This document shows positions 48,174-58,517 of a stretch of DNA of 62,482 nucleotides, piece after piece. Source of the DNA: Acidimicrobiaceae bacterium (GTDB taxonomy: Bacteria > Actinomycetota > Acidimicrobiia > Acidimicrobiales > Bog-793). Both the position numbers and the translations under genes were made by a program. The notes beneath the pieces are model-generated. The model saw only the letters and a program-made list of their open reading frames with translations, did not search any database and had not been told where the DNA came from. The stretch is from the NCBI GenBank assembly GCA_003159795.1, contig PLPK01000052.1, positions 1-62,482 on the forward strand. Reading direction: 5' to 3'. Each line of letters begins with the position of its first letter. Position 1 is the stretch's first letter.

Positions 48174-48612
48174 CGCAGGTCGATTCTCGCCGATCGGCGG
48201 GCACCGTCGCGATTGGCTAGGCGCCGGGGACCCGTGGGGCTCCCGGTCTCACCGCTGGCCGTCGGTCGATGCGGGGAACGTCGGTTCCACCCCGACCTCG
48301 CATCGCAGGCTCTTCGCGACGCCGCGCTCGTGGAGCGCGACCTCGGCGAGGTGGCGGACGCCGGCCTCCTTCACCGGGCCGCCGCAGGTGATCCGCGGGC
48401 GCGGACGATCCTCGTCAGGTGCGCCGGGGGAGGGGGGTCGCCGGACATCTCCCCGTCGGCGTCGTTCCCATAGCCGACGACGTCGGGCCGCGCCCGGGCT
48501 GCCACAGCGAGGAGCGACAGAAGCTGGCACGCCGCCGCGCACCGGCCCGTCCGGGCGGCGGCGGCGACCGGACTTGTACGCTCGGCGCCAGGCACCGGAC
48601 CTAGGAGAGACG

Positions 48613-49113
48613 ATGGCGGCACTCGAACTTTCGACGGTCGAGCTCGAGATCCCGAACGAGCTCAACGTGATCGTCGGGCAATCGCACTTTGTCAAGACCG
48701 TCGAGGATCTCCACGAGGTCCTCGTCGGGTCGAGCCCGCACCTGCGGTTCGGCGTCGCGTTCTGCGAGGCCTCCGGGAAGCGGCTCGTCCGGAAGTCGGG
48801 CAACGACGACGAGCTCACCGACCTCGCGGCGCGCAACGCTGCGGCGATCGGCGCCGGGCACTCCTTCGTCGTGTTCCTGCGCGACGGCTACCCGCTGAAC
48901 GTGCTCAACCAGATCAAGCAGGTCGCCGAGGTCTGCTCGGTCTACTGCGCGACGGCGAACCCCGTCGAGGTGATCGTCGCCGAGACCGCCCTCGGGCGGG
49001 GGATCCTCGGTGTCGTGGACGGCAGCCCACCGCTCGGCGTCGAGACCGCCCCGGACGTGGCAGACCGCATCAGGCTGCTGCGGGCGATCGGCTACAAGCT
49101 GGGCGGCTCCTGA
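48613..49113 (+). CDS. Adenosine-specific kinase-like / DUF355 protein
   Basis: NVIVGQSHFVKTVED, FCEASG, GAGHSF, CATANP, GVVDG. Confidence 0.85.
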   Translation: MAALELSTVELEIPNELNVIVGQSHFVKTVEDLHEVLVGSSPHLRFGVAFCEASGKRLVRKSGNDDELTDLAARNAAAIGAGHSFVVFLRDGYPLNVLNQIKQVAEVCSVYCATANPVEVIVAETALGRGILGVVDGSPPLGVETAPDVADRIRLLRAIGYKLGGS

Positions 49114-49166
49114 GCCAGCCGCCGGGTGACCGCCCGCCTGCCGGGCGGGTGGGGCGTACTCGTCGC

Positions 49167-49460
49167 TCAGCTTTTCGCGTGGAGCCGTGTGGCGATCTCT
49201 GTCGGGAATTCGGGGAAGTAGTCGGCGATCTGGTCGAGTCGGAAGCGCCGCAGGATCGAGGTCGGCGGCTCGTGCTCGAGCAGAAAGGCGATCGAGGCCC
49301 GGACGAGCTCCCCGGCCGGCACGTCGTCACAGCCGAGGGCGCCCCGGTAGCCGGCGGGGATCGTGACGACGTGGGTCGTGGCGGCCCCCCCGGCTCGCAC
49401 GTCCACCCGGAACGTCCCGTTCGCCTGCTCGGCCACGGTGACCTCGGCCATCGCCGTCAT
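49167..49460 (-). CDS. Conserved small hypothetical protein
   Basis: FLLEHEPPTSILRRF.L..IADYFPEF pattern. Confidence 0.7.
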   Translation of the reverse strand: MTAMAEVTVAEQANGTFRVDVRAGGAATTHVVTIPAGYRGALGCDDVPAGELVRASIAFLLEHEPPTSILRRFRLDQIADYFPEFPTEIATRLHAKS

Positions 49461-49704
49461 GCTAGAGGACCTTTCCGGGTCGACGACGGGCCGGCGCCAC
49501 CCCGTGCCGGTGGGCGCGCCCGGTCTGAGCAGAACGGACGGGATCCGGGCGACACCGAGGAAAGGAGCCGGGTGGTCCCTGGTCGCGACCGCGCCACGTC
49601 GAGAAGCGGGCGTTCTCGTGGGCAGGCGAGAGGTGCGCAGTCCCGCGGGCGGCGCCGACGGGTTCAGGCCGGGCCCAGGTGCCTCTCCTGGCGGCGGGCG
49701 TGGA

Positions 49705-50484
49705 TCAGAAGTTGCGGCCGACCAGCTCGCCGACCGCGTTAACGACCGTGACGTTGGGGCGCTTCTCGGGTTGCGGGCGACCCGCCGAGATCCACACCGC
49801 CGAGAGACCGGCGTCGAGGGCGCCGATGATGTCGCGCGCCCAGCTGTCGCCGACCATGACCGCGGAGGCCGCCTTGGCATCGAGCCGTGAGAGCGTGAGG
49901 GCGAACACGTCCGGGTCCGGCTTGCCGAGCCCCACCTCGCCGGAGATGACGACGGCCCCGAAACAGTCGGCGAGACCGGTGCCGGCGAGCTTGTGGTGCT
50001 GGATGTCGGCGGGGCCGTTCGTGAGCAGTCCGAGCTGGCAACGGCCCTCGAGGAAGTGGACGAGCTCGGCCGCGCCATCGATGAGCGGGTGCGGTGCGCG
50101 TTGTGACTCGACGTAGCTGTCCGAAAGCGTCGCCGCGAGTGCCGGATCGTCGATGCCGAGCTCCTGAAGGGCGGCGCGCCAGGCCTCCTGGCGGTAGACG
50201 GGAGCCCACTCCCGGACTTCGTCGAGGATTGACGGGCTTGCCTCGAACGTGGCCCACAGGCCCTCCCACGAGGCGATGCCAAGTTGGTGGCAGAGTGCGT
50301 AATCGGGCCCGGCGCGCCAGATCCGGCGGGCGGTCGTCAGCACCACCTCGACTACCTGTCCGGGGTCCCTGCCGGTCACCAGTTCGGCGGCGCGCCGCAG
50401 GGACGAGTGTGCCACTTCCTCCTCGACGATCAGCGTGTCGTCGAGATCCAGGATGACCGCTTTGGAGATCACGACCGCAAACAT
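49705..50484 (-). CDS. HAD family hydrolase
   Basis: LDLDDTL, LTNG, KPDP, VGDSWARDI. Confidence 0.9.
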   Translation of the reverse strand: MFAVVISKAVILDLDDTLIVEEEVAHSSLRRAAELVTGRDPGQVVEVVLTTARRIWRAGPDYALCHQLGIASWEGLWATFEASPSILDEVREWAPVYRQEAWRAALQELGIDDPALAATLSDSYVESQRAPHPLIDGAAELVHFLEGRCQLGLLTNGPADIQHHKLAGTGLADCFGAVVISGEVGLGKPDPDVFALTLSRLDAKAASAVMVGDSWARDIIGALDAGLSAVWISAGRPQPEKRPNVTVVNAVGELVGRNF

Positions 50485-50600
50485 ACCGAGCGGCCCGCGC
50501 GTGAAGCCACCGGCGAGAGCCCAGTCCGACCCGGGTTCAGAGCCCAAGCGGGACCATTCCGCACCCGTTGCGGCTGGTCAGCGGACCTCCGTCGCGTCCC

Positions 50601-51110
50601 TCAGGCCGCCTGGGGAGGCCGGGGGAGCCGCGCCAGCAGCGCGGCACGATCGACGCCGAGCGCCGCGAAAAGGACGGCACCCGGGTCGGGTGGCTCCCGG
50701 ACGAGGAGTCGGGTGAGGACCTCGGGCGCGGTGATCTGTTGACGGCGGCGCATCGGCTTGCCCGCCTCCTGGAGCGCGAGCTTGGCGACCGGCGTCAGGG
50801 GGAGGCGGCCCTGCAGGACGGCCCTCAGCGTTGGTGTCGGGGGCGGGCCGAAGGCCGGTGGTGCCGCGGCGGCGAAGCGCTGCCGGATGCCTATCGTGCG
50901 CAGCGCGTCGCGGTCGAGCCGATCGAGCGCCTTGCGGGCGGTGTCGAGGTCAAAGGCCAGTAATGACGCGATCACCGGGTCGCGGAGCAGCCCGAGTACG
51001 AGGTGCTCGGTCCCCACGCGCCGGTCACCGCGCACGCGCGCTTCCTCGCGGGCGTAGATGTAGGTGGTCCACGGGTGATAGGTGGCCGGCGTGCCGGCCC
51101 GCGTCGTCAC
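50601..51110 (-). CDS. Clp N-terminal domain protein
   Basis: AREEAR..GDRRVGTEHLVLGLL, second repeat LTPVAK..L; GTGA overlap with upstream HTH gene. Confidence 0.8.
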   Translation of the reverse strand: MTTRAGTPATYHPWTTYIYAREEARVRGDRRVGTEHLVLGLLRDPVIASLLAFDLDTARKALDRLDRDALRTIGIRQRFAAAAPPAFGPPPTPTLRAVLQGRLPLTPVAKLALQEAGKPMRRRQQITAPEVLTRLLVREPPDPGAVLFAALGVDRAALLARLPRPPQAA

Positions 51111-51319
51111 AGCCTGGTCCTGGCGTACTTGGCATGAACCGACTGCCGGGTGACGCCGAGGGCGTTCCCAATCTGCTGCCAGGACCATCCGTGGGCGCGG
51201 GCGATCACGACGTGACTCGCCTCCACGCGTTCTGCCAGCCGATGGAGGGCGAGCGCCGCGCGCAGCCCCGCGGCCGGGTCGTCCTGGGTTGCGGTGGTGT
51301 CGGTCTCGTCGGCGTCCAT
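51107..51319 (-). CDS. Small HTH DNA-binding protein
   Basis: ARAHGWSWQQIGNALGVTRQSVHAKY. Confidence 0.85.
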   Translation of the reverse strand: MDADETDTTATQDDPAAGLRAALALHRLAERVEASHVVIARAHGWSWQQIGNALGVTRQSVHAKYARTRL

Positions 51320-51322
51320 GTA

Positions 51323-51338
51323 GTCAATCTAGATTGAC
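51323..51338. promoter_or_regulatory. Perfect 16-bp palindromic operator
   Basis: GTCAATCTAGATTGAC 3 bp upstream of the HTH gene ATG. Confidence 0.7.
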
Positions 51339-51432
51339 AATGCGGATCTGTGAATCAGCCTTGACGGAGTGGACCGCCCGAAGGCCGCGCCCGGTCCGGG
51401 CGGTGCGTCCGGATCCGCGCGATCGTGTTCCG

Positions 51433-51945
51433 GTGTTGGTTCGGCTTCGCACCGAGGCGGATGAGGACGAATGCGTGCGGCTGGCCGAAGCCGTGCGACT
51501 GGCCGATGGCTACCCCGCCCACGTGGCGGGGAGCCTGCGGGACTTTCTTGTGTCGCAGGACGCCATCTGCGCCTGGGTCGCCGTCGCCGGCGAGGAGATC
51601 GTCGGCCACGTCGCGCTGCACCGGCGCAGTTCGGACGCCGTCGTCGCGTTGGCGAGCGGGCAACTGGATCGACCGGCGAACCGTCTCGGGGTCGTCGCCC
51701 GGCTGCTCGTCGCCCCCGACAACCGTCGACAGGGATTGGGGCGGCTCCTGCTATCCACAGCGGAGCAAGAGGCGCTCGCCCGCGGGCTCCGGCCGATCCT
51801 CGACGTCGTGATCACGCATCGGATGGCGATCCAGCTCTACGAGACGTGCGGTTGGGTCCGGGCCGGTGCCGTGACGTCGCGGCTGCGCGACGGGGCCGAA
51901 CTCGAGGAGATCGTCTACTTCGGACCGCACCCGGGGCCGGCCTGA
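51433..51945 (+). CDS. GNAT acetyltransferase
   Basis: RLLVAPDNRRQGLG, AIQLYETCGW. Confidence 0.85.
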   Translation: MLVRLRTEADEDECVRLAEAVRLADGYPAHVAGSLRDFLVSQDAICAWVAVAGEEIVGHVALHRRSSDAVVALASGQLDRPANRLGVVARLLVAPDNRRQGLGRLLLSTAEQEALARGLRPILDVVITHRMAIQLYETCGWVRAGAVTSRLRDGAELEEIVYFGPHPGPA

Positions 51946-52456
51946 CCGTGAGGCCACCTCACCGCAGGCATCCAGGATGTCGGCGCCGACGCGGCTAAGG
52001 GCGCTGACCAGAGATCGGGACCGCCCGCCACGGTTGCGGAGTTCGCCGGCACGCCCACCGGGCGCGGGTACCAGGCCCGGTCGCAACCGCGATCAGTTCA
52101 ACGGATACGTGATCTGTTGCGGCGTTCCCTTCGTTCCCTGAGGATGGCGCGGATCCGTCGGAAGATGAAACCCATGTCGGAAACCTACTGCCAATAGGCC
52201 CGGTCCCGGTCTTGTGAACCTGTCGCCTGGGAATCCGTGCGGTCCTCTTCCCGGGCTGGGTCCCCTCGGGACCGCGCGGTGCGGAAGGGGAGACGATGTT
52301 GGGGCGGGCAGCTGATCGACCGACTCGGTCGCGGCGCGGGTCCGGATTCCGTTCCGTCGCCCCACGAGAGCGGCCATCGTCCCCTCCGGCTGGGACCGCT
52401 TGCCGCGCGGCCGGCCGTCGCCTCGGCGAGGAGCACTTTGGGCTAGTTTTCCGCTC

Positions 52457-53830
52457 ATGTCAGACGAGACCGAACCTTCGGAAGTCGTGGGGAGTCCAGT
52501 CGATCAGCTGGCTGCGGTGGGGCGGGGTCGGTCCCGACGGGGCCGCACGATCGTCACGATCGTCGTCGCCGTCTGCCTGATCGGGGGTGGTGCCGGCGCG
52601 GCGGTCGCGATGACCGGCGGTTCCGGTCCGGGTTCGAGCGGCGGTTCGAGCCCGGCCTCGGCGGTGAACAGGTTGCTCAACGCCGCCGACCACAGTGACC
52701 TTCTCGGCGCGGTCGACGCCTTGGTCCCCGGAGAACAAGCGGCGTTCAGGTCCGGCGCCATGGGTCTGGTCGAGCAGCTCATTCGGTTGAAGGTGCTGTC
52801 TTCCGGGGTGAACCTCAGCCACATCGGCGGAGTGTCGCTTCGCTTCTCGGGGATCACGACGAGAACGACGAGGCTCACCTCCAGCCTCGCTGCGGTCGCG
52901 ATCACCGGCGGATCCGGGACCGGATCCGTCGAGGCGAGGAAGTTGCCGCTCGGGTCGTTCGTCAGCGGACTCGTGCGGGGTCTTCTCCCCACCCGGTCTC
53001 AGCATGTGACGGGGCGGGCCTCAACCGGTCATAGCGCGATCGTGACCGAGGACGTTGGCGGGACCTGGTATGTCAGCCTCGGGTACACGATCGCCTACGA
53101 CGCGGCGAGGGAACAGGGTCTGTCAGGAGTGCCGCCGGCAGCCAGCGCAGCCATGCCCGCGCCGGGGAGTGCTACCCCCGAAGGCGCCGTGCGCTCGTTG
53201 GTGACTGACACCGCGTCACTCAATGTGGCCGGGATGATCGGTGACCTTCCCCCCGGGGAGATGGGGGCGCTGCAGAGCTACGCGCCGCTGTTCCTGGGCA
53301 AGGCCGAGGCGGCTCTGGCGAAGACCCGAACCGAATTGCGCCTGAAGATCACGAGCATGGATCTGTCGGCGTCGGCAGTTGCCGGTGGCACGCTCGTCCG
53401 GGTGAGCGGTGTCGGTCTGACGGCCCGCTACGACGGCATCACCTTTAGCTACAAGGACGGCTGTTTGACGTACACGCGGGTCGGCGCGACAGGCCGCCAG
53501 TGCCTGTCGACACCGACCGCCAAGGCGGAGATCCAGGCAATCAAGGCGAGGTTCCTCGCGCGTCTCCCGCGGTCGCTGCGCGCCCTTGTCACGCGTCTCG
53601 AAACGAAAAGGGTTGCTATTGGGCTCGTGACCGTGCAGGAGAACGGCCGCTGGTATGTGAGCCCCACGACGACGATGTTCGAGGCCATGAACGCGTCGCT
53701 GTCGCTCTTGCGGCCGCAGGATCTCGTGGCGATCGCCTCGTTCGTGGAGAACCAGGCGGAGGTGAAGTCGTTCGAGCGCTCGATTGCGAGCCTCGTGGAG
53801 GGCGAGGCGTCATCAACATCGTCGTTCTGA
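52457..53830 (+). CDS. Membrane-anchored extracellular hypothetical protein
   Basis: N-terminal TM; internal duplication (GGTWYVS / NGRWYVS). Confidence 0.65.
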   Translation: MSDETEPSEVVGSPVDQLAAVGRGRSRRGRTIVTIVVAVCLIGGGAGAAVAMTGGSGPGSSGGSSPASAVNRLLNAADHSDLLGAVDALVPGEQAAFRSGAMGLVEQLIRLKVLSSGVNLSHIGGVSLRFSGITTRTTRLTSSLAAVAITGGSGTGSVEARKLPLGSFVSGLVRGLLPTRSQHVTGRASTGHSAIVTEDVGGTWYVSLGYTIAYDAAREQGLSGVPPAASAAMPAPGSATPEGAVRSLVTDTASLNVAGMIGDLPPGEMGALQSYAPLFLGKAEAALAKTRTELRLKITSMDLSASAVAGGTLVRVSGVGLTARYDGITFSYKDGCLTYTRVGATGRQCLSTPTAKAEIQAIKARFLARLPRSLRALVTRLETKRVAIGLVTVQENGRWYVSPTTTMFEAMNASLSLLRPQDLVAIASFVENQAEVKSFERSIASLVEGEASSTSSF

Positions 53831-53889
53831 TGAGTTGATCCGGAGTTCGTAACGTCGCGCGCCGGAACCCGGCCGGCGCGGCCGGGTTC

Positions 53890-54230
53890 CGGCGATATGG
53901 TGCCGCGGCTCGCATCGGAGAGCCCACACGTCGCCGGAGAGAACCATGGTGACGACGATCCGAAAGCCGCCGTCCGCGGGCTCACCCACGAGCCGGACGC
54001 CCTTGGGGGCGAGTTCGGCCATCGTGGCGCCGACGTCGTCGCAGGGGAACGAGATCTCGTGACTGGCGCGTCAGCCGGGTCGACGACGAGCTCGGCTGGC
54101 GGGAGACGGAAGATCAGCCGTCGGCATCGTCATGGGCCTCGGCGTGATCCCACCCGGACGCATCCCGCAGAAGAGCGCGCAGCACTTGGCGCTGACGTAT
54201 ACCCCATGGCGGGGGTGCCGGTGATCGTCC
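53890..54230 (-). pseudogene. Degraded VOC/glyoxalase family gene
   Basis: Fragments ITG..., LIFRLPPAE, HEISFPCDDVGATMAEL..KGV, EPRH lie in different frames. Confidence 0.6.
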
Positions 54231-54373
54231 TCGCGTCAGCCTAGGGATCGGGCCCGCGGGCTCGTGTCTGGGCGGCCACCGCTCACGCTCGACGTTCGAG
54301 GAAGGCGCCGGGTGACGATTTCTCAGCCGGCGATTGGCCTATGTTGGGCTTATTCAGTGGAAGAGGGGCGCAG

Positions 54374-55672
54374 ATGGGTACCAGACCAGACGGGAGTGAG
54401 CGAGACCGCAGAAGATGTTGGGGACCGCGCGGCCGGCAGGGCCGCGGAGACCATCGCCGTCCGGTGATGGTCGTGGCGCTTGTCTTGGCCGTCGTGGGAA
54501 CCTTGATGCTGCCCGGGTCCGGCGCGACCGCCTCGTCGCTGGTGCCGGGTAGAACAGGGGTGCGACCGGCGGCCCGCGTCGTGCGGCTTTCGGCGCCAAG
54601 GACGGGGACGTCTTTGGCCGGATTCGTTCTCAAGTCGGTCACCGCGCGCAGGATGGCCAAGCCCGCCTACAGCGTGGACATCGTCTACCCCCGGGTCACC
54701 GGAGTATCCAAGAGTGCCGCTTCACGGATCAACGCCCGGATCGTCTCCTTCGTCGATGGCACGGCGGCGAGCTTCAAGCACGAGGTGCTGCGGACCGCCC
54801 CCATCCAGCTGCCGCCGGGATCAGGACCGTCGACCCTGATCGGATCCGTGAACACGGAGTTCGACAGCGGGCGCATCGTCGCGGTGAGCCTGTCCGAGTA
54901 CACGTACTTCGCCGGTGCGGCGCACGGAATCACAACAGACACGACACTCAACTTCGACGCCGTCACCGGAAGCCGGTACCGGTTGGCTGACCTTTTCAGA
55001 CCTTCTGCCAAGTGGCTCGTCGCGCTGTCGGGGGCGAGTCGGCGGGCGCTGCCCAGGCTCGTCGGCAGTCTCTCGAACACAGAGTGGATTGATTCGGGCA
55101 CGGTGCCGAGGCCAGTGAACTTCGCCGCCTGGTCGCTCACGCCCTGGGGCCTGCAGATCACCTTCGGCGACTACCAGGTCGCCGCCTACGCGGCCGGCAT
55201 GCCCCAGGTCGTGATTCCCTACGCCCAGCTCGCGAAGTTGGCGCGTCGGGGCGGTCCCATCGCGCTCGCCGCGGGCGAGGCAGCCGCGGCCACCGCTGGG
55301 CCGCTCCGCATGCCCCTCTTGCCGGAGATCAGCCAGCCCGCCACCGGCGAGTGCCATTCGCCGATCTCCGTCTTGCAGGGATTGCCCGGTTCGCTGCGCT
55401 GCTCCGACGGGCGCATCAACGTCACCAGCTGGGACATCTACACCCAGTTCGTCGACGGTGACGGGTCCGGTGGCCTGCGGGTGCTCACGCTCGGCACCAG
55501 GCCGCCGGTCGCGACCGTCCGCGCGGTGATGTGCACCGACCTCGGTTCCGGCCCCTACCAGGACCGTGGCGGTGAGCTCCAGGCCGAGCACCTCGCTGCC
55601 ATCTACCACGGCTGGCGGTTCCCGGTCTCGCCGACGGTCGGCTTTCCCGGTTACTGCCACCGGGCCAAGTAG
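54374..55672 (+). CDS. Secreted RsiV/PdaC-like (DUF4163/DUF3298) protein with Cys-containing extension
   Basis: YP.V, GAAHG, NFD..TG....LADLF, F..YQVAAYAAG.PQV.IPY; start uncertain. Confidence 0.75.
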   Translation: MGTRPDGSERDRRRCWGPRGRQGRGDHRRPVMVVALVLAVVGTLMLPGSGATASSLVPGRTGVRPAARVVRLSAPRTGTSLAGFVLKSVTARRMAKPAYSVDIVYPRVTGVSKSAASRINARIVSFVDGTAASFKHEVLRTAPIQLPPGSGPSTLIGSVNTEFDSGRIVAVSLSEYTYFAGAAHGITTDTTLNFDAVTGSRYRLADLFRPSAKWLVALSGASRRALPRLVGSLSNTEWIDSGTVPRPVNFAAWSLTPWGLQITFGDYQVAAYAAGMPQVVIPYAQLAKLARRGGPIALAAGEAAAATAGPLRMPLLPEISQPATGECHSPISVLQGLPGSLRCSDGRINVTSWDIYTQFVDGDGSGGLRVLTLGTRPPVATVRAVMCTDLGSGPYQDRGGELQAEHLAAIYHGWRFPVSPTVGFPGYCHRAK

Positions 55673-56027
55673 GTTGCCGGCTCCGCCGACGGGGTGTTGG
55701 CCACAGCGTTTGACGCGGCGCGGCCAGACGCCAAGACTCAGCACGGAGCCCGGACCCTCGGTCTGGGCGAAGACGACGAGGAGACGCAGCAACTCCTCCT
55801 GAGTGGATAGCGATGACAGTACGGTTCGGCGTCGGATCCGGCACTCTGGCCCGGCAGTTCCAGCTCCACCCCGGTCTTGGACAGCCGCCGTGCTTGCTGG
55901 GGGCCCTCGTCTGGCTCTCACGGCACGCGCCACGTCCGCCTGTCGACGGGATGTGCCGTTCCCCGGACCAGCTTGTGGAATCCCGCGCGACGGACAGTCT
56001 GTCGGCGTAGCCGAGATAGGGGCGATC

Positions 56028-56270
56028 GTGCGTATCCGACTCGTCGAGCCCCGTCCGGCTGGCCACAACGTCTACGAGCTCGCGCTCCTGCCCCGTCTCG
56101 GGCTGCCGCTGATGGGCAGGATGCTCGCCGACGCCGGTCACGACGTGCGCGTCTACTGCGAGATGCTGTCGCCCGTCGACCTCGAGGACTGCTTGCGCGC
56201 CGATCTCGTGGGCATTTCCTCGAGGACGGCCACTTCGCCCGGCGCCTACCGCCTCGCCTCCGAGACGTGA
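56028..56270 (+). pseudogene. Truncated N-terminus of a B12-binding radical SAM protein
   Basis: LPRLGLP....LADAGHDV...ADLVGISS...AYRLA then stop at ~80 aa; no CxxxCxxC. Confidence 0.65.
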
Positions 56271-56352
56271 CCGGCGGCCTGGCGCGTCGGTTGCGTCCGT
56301 CGCGGGTGGGGTCCTCGCGGGCGAGGCGCGGAGTTCCCAGGGCGGATCGGCG

Positions 56353-57624
56353 GTGACCGTCGTCAAGCCGGTCGTAGTTATGGCCAAGCCCGCCGGGCCG
56401 GTTTGCAACTTCAACTGCGGCTACTGCTACTACCTGGGCAAGACGAGCCTGTTCGGTCCCGACGAGCGCTACCGGATGAACCACGAGGTCCTTGAGGCCT
56501 ACGTGCGGGCACTCATCGCGGCGAGCCCCGGTCCGGTCGTCAACTTCGTGTGGCACGGCGGGGAGCCGACCCTTTCCGGGACCGCCTTCTACGCCGAGGC
56601 GATCGAGCTCCAGGAGCGCTACACCCCGGAGGGCTGGACCTGCGAGAACAACCTGCAGACGAACGGCAGCCTGCTCGACGACGCCTGGTGCGCCTTTCTC
56701 GCCGAGCACCACTTCTCGGTGGGCCTCAGCATCGACGGCCCGGCGCATCTCCACGATCTCGGCCGACCGGACCGTCGGGGACGCCCGACGCACGCCCGGG
56801 TGATGCGGGGCCTGAACAACCTGCGCGCCCACGGCATCGAGCCGGACGTGCTGTGTGCGCTCAACGCTCGCAACGCCCCCTACCCGACCGAGGTCTACCG
56901 GTTCTTCCTCGCCCAGGATGTCCGCTGGCTCCAGTTCCTCCCGGTCGTGGTCCGCGGGCCGGACGGAAGTGTCTCACCCTGGTCGGTGGCCCCCGAGGCG
57001 ATGGGGGAGTTCCTCTGCACGGTCTTCGACGAATGGGTCCGCCACGACGTCGGCCGGATCGGCGTGCAGAACTTCCTCGAATCCCTGCTCGTCGCGAGCG
57101 GCAGGCCCCCCATCCTCTGCATCGTGTCGGAGACCTGCGGCCGGGTCCTCGCCGTCGAGCACGACGGGGGCGTCTACTCGTGCGACCACTTCGTCGACCC
57201 GGCCCACCGTCTCGGCGACGTCGTGGCGGACGGGATCGGGATGCTCGTCGACGGGCCGGCCCAACGCGCCTTCGGCGAGGCCAAGCGCGATTCCCTGCTG
57301 GCGTACTGCCGGACCTGCCCGGTCCTCGCCTATTGCAACGGGGGATGCCCGAAGGACCGCTTCGCCCTCGCCCCCGATGGCGAAGCGGGCTCCAACGCCC
57401 TGTGCGCGGGCTACCGACGCTTCTTCGGGCACGCCCGGCCGCAGCTCGAGCGGATGGCCGTGCTCGCGCGCCTCGGCCGTCCCCCGGCGGCGATCATGGC
57501 CGAGCTCGCGCGCGCCGAGAGCGAGGAGCGCCGACGCTGGCGGGAGACCTCGCGCAACGACCCCTGCCCGTGCGGCAGTGGGGCCAAGTACAAGCACTGC
57601 TGCCTTCCGTCCCGCCGGACCTGA
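56353..57624 (+). CDS. Anaerobic sulfatase maturase-like radical SAM/SPASM protein with SEC-C motif
   Basis: KPAGPVCNFNCGYCYY, WHGGEP, QTNG, YSCDH, CRTC....CNGGCPK, RNDPCPCGSGAKYKHCC. Confidence 0.9.
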   Translation: MTVVKPVVVMAKPAGPVCNFNCGYCYYLGKTSLFGPDERYRMNHEVLEAYVRALIAASPGPVVNFVWHGGEPTLSGTAFYAEAIELQERYTPEGWTCENNLQTNGSLLDDAWCAFLAEHHFSVGLSIDGPAHLHDLGRPDRRGRPTHARVMRGLNNLRAHGIEPDVLCALNARNAPYPTEVYRFFLAQDVRWLQFLPVVVRGPDGSVSPWSVAPEAMGEFLCTVFDEWVRHDVGRIGVQNFLESLLVASGRPPILCIVSETCGRVLAVEHDGGVYSCDHFVDPAHRLGDVVADGIGMLVDGPAQRAFGEAKRDSLLAYCRTCPVLAYCNGGCPKDRFALAPDGEAGSNALCAGYRRFFGHARPQLERMAVLARLGRPPAAIMAELARAESEERRRWRETSRNDPCPCGSGAKYKHCCLPSRRT

Positions 57625-57677
57625 CGTCGCTGCCACTCCTCCGGGATCGCCCCGGTCCCATTAGCATCGACGCTCCG

Positions 57678-58409
57678 ATGCCGGGATCGGTTGCCTTCGT
57701 CTGCGCGATGCCGATGGAGCTCGCGCCGCTGAAGCGCAGGCTCTCGCTGAAAGCCGCCCGCTTCGGTTCGCTCGACCTGCAGCGGGGCTCGCTCGGTGGT
57801 CACAGCGTCGTGGCGACCGTGACGGGCATGGGCGGCGAGCTCGCCAGGCGAGGGGTGGCCCGTCTCTGCGACGAGGTGGAGGTCGAACGGGTCGTCATCG
57901 TCGGCATCGCCGGCGCCCTGGCAGCCGGGGCGGCCATTGGCGCGCTGGTCGTGCCCGATGTTGTCGTCGACGCCGCGACCGGCGCGCAATACCGCCCGGA
58001 CCGACTTGGCGAGGACGAGCCAGGCGGCACGATGTGGACGACCCAGGAGCTCATCACGGCGCCCGACGCGATCGCCGCCCTGCGGGAGGCCGGCGTTGTC
58101 TGCCTGGAGATGGAGACGGCCGCCATCGCCGAGGCCTGCGTCGCTCGCCACCTCCCGTGGTCGGTCTTTCGGGCGATCAGTGACCGCGCGACTGACGCCA
58201 GTCTTGATGACGAGGTGTTCGGGCTGATCAACCCGGACGGGTCCTTCCGCCCGGGAGCGATCACCGCCTACTTCCTGAAGCACCCGGGGCGCGTTGCCCC
58301 GATGGTCCGCTTCTCTCGGGATGCGAAGCGGGCCGCGGAGTGTGCCGCTGCGGCCGCGGTGCGGGCCGTCGGGCACCTCCCGCCGCTCGCCGCGACGCCG
58401 GACAGCTAG
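57678..58409 (+). CDS. MTA/SAH nucleosidase-like (PNP_UDP_1) protein
   Basis: CAMPMEL, TGMG, GIAGAL, LEMETAA, RAISD. Confidence 0.82.
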   Translation: MPGSVAFVCAMPMELAPLKRRLSLKAARFGSLDLQRGSLGGHSVVATVTGMGGELARRGVARLCDEVEVERVVIVGIAGALAAGAAIGALVVPDVVVDAATGAQYRPDRLGEDEPGGTMWTTQELITAPDAIAALREAGVVCLEMETAAIAEACVARHLPWSVFRAISDRATDASLDDEVFGLINPDGSFRPGAITAYFLKHPGRVAPMVRFSRDAKRAAECAAAAAVRAVGHLPPLAATPDS

Positions 58410-58517
58410 CCAACCTCCCGGCGCGCCGTCGAGGGCGGTGGCGCGCGATCGCTCAGGTGGGGTCGGGGAAGGCGGCCAGGTGGGGCGCGGTGAACCGAGA
58501 TGTCCGGCGCGGGCCGG

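Noticed and set aside
56550-57677. N-terminal extension of the 619-aa nucleosidase ORF
   Set aside because: Off-frame overlap with the radical SAM gene; the real start is ATG 57678.
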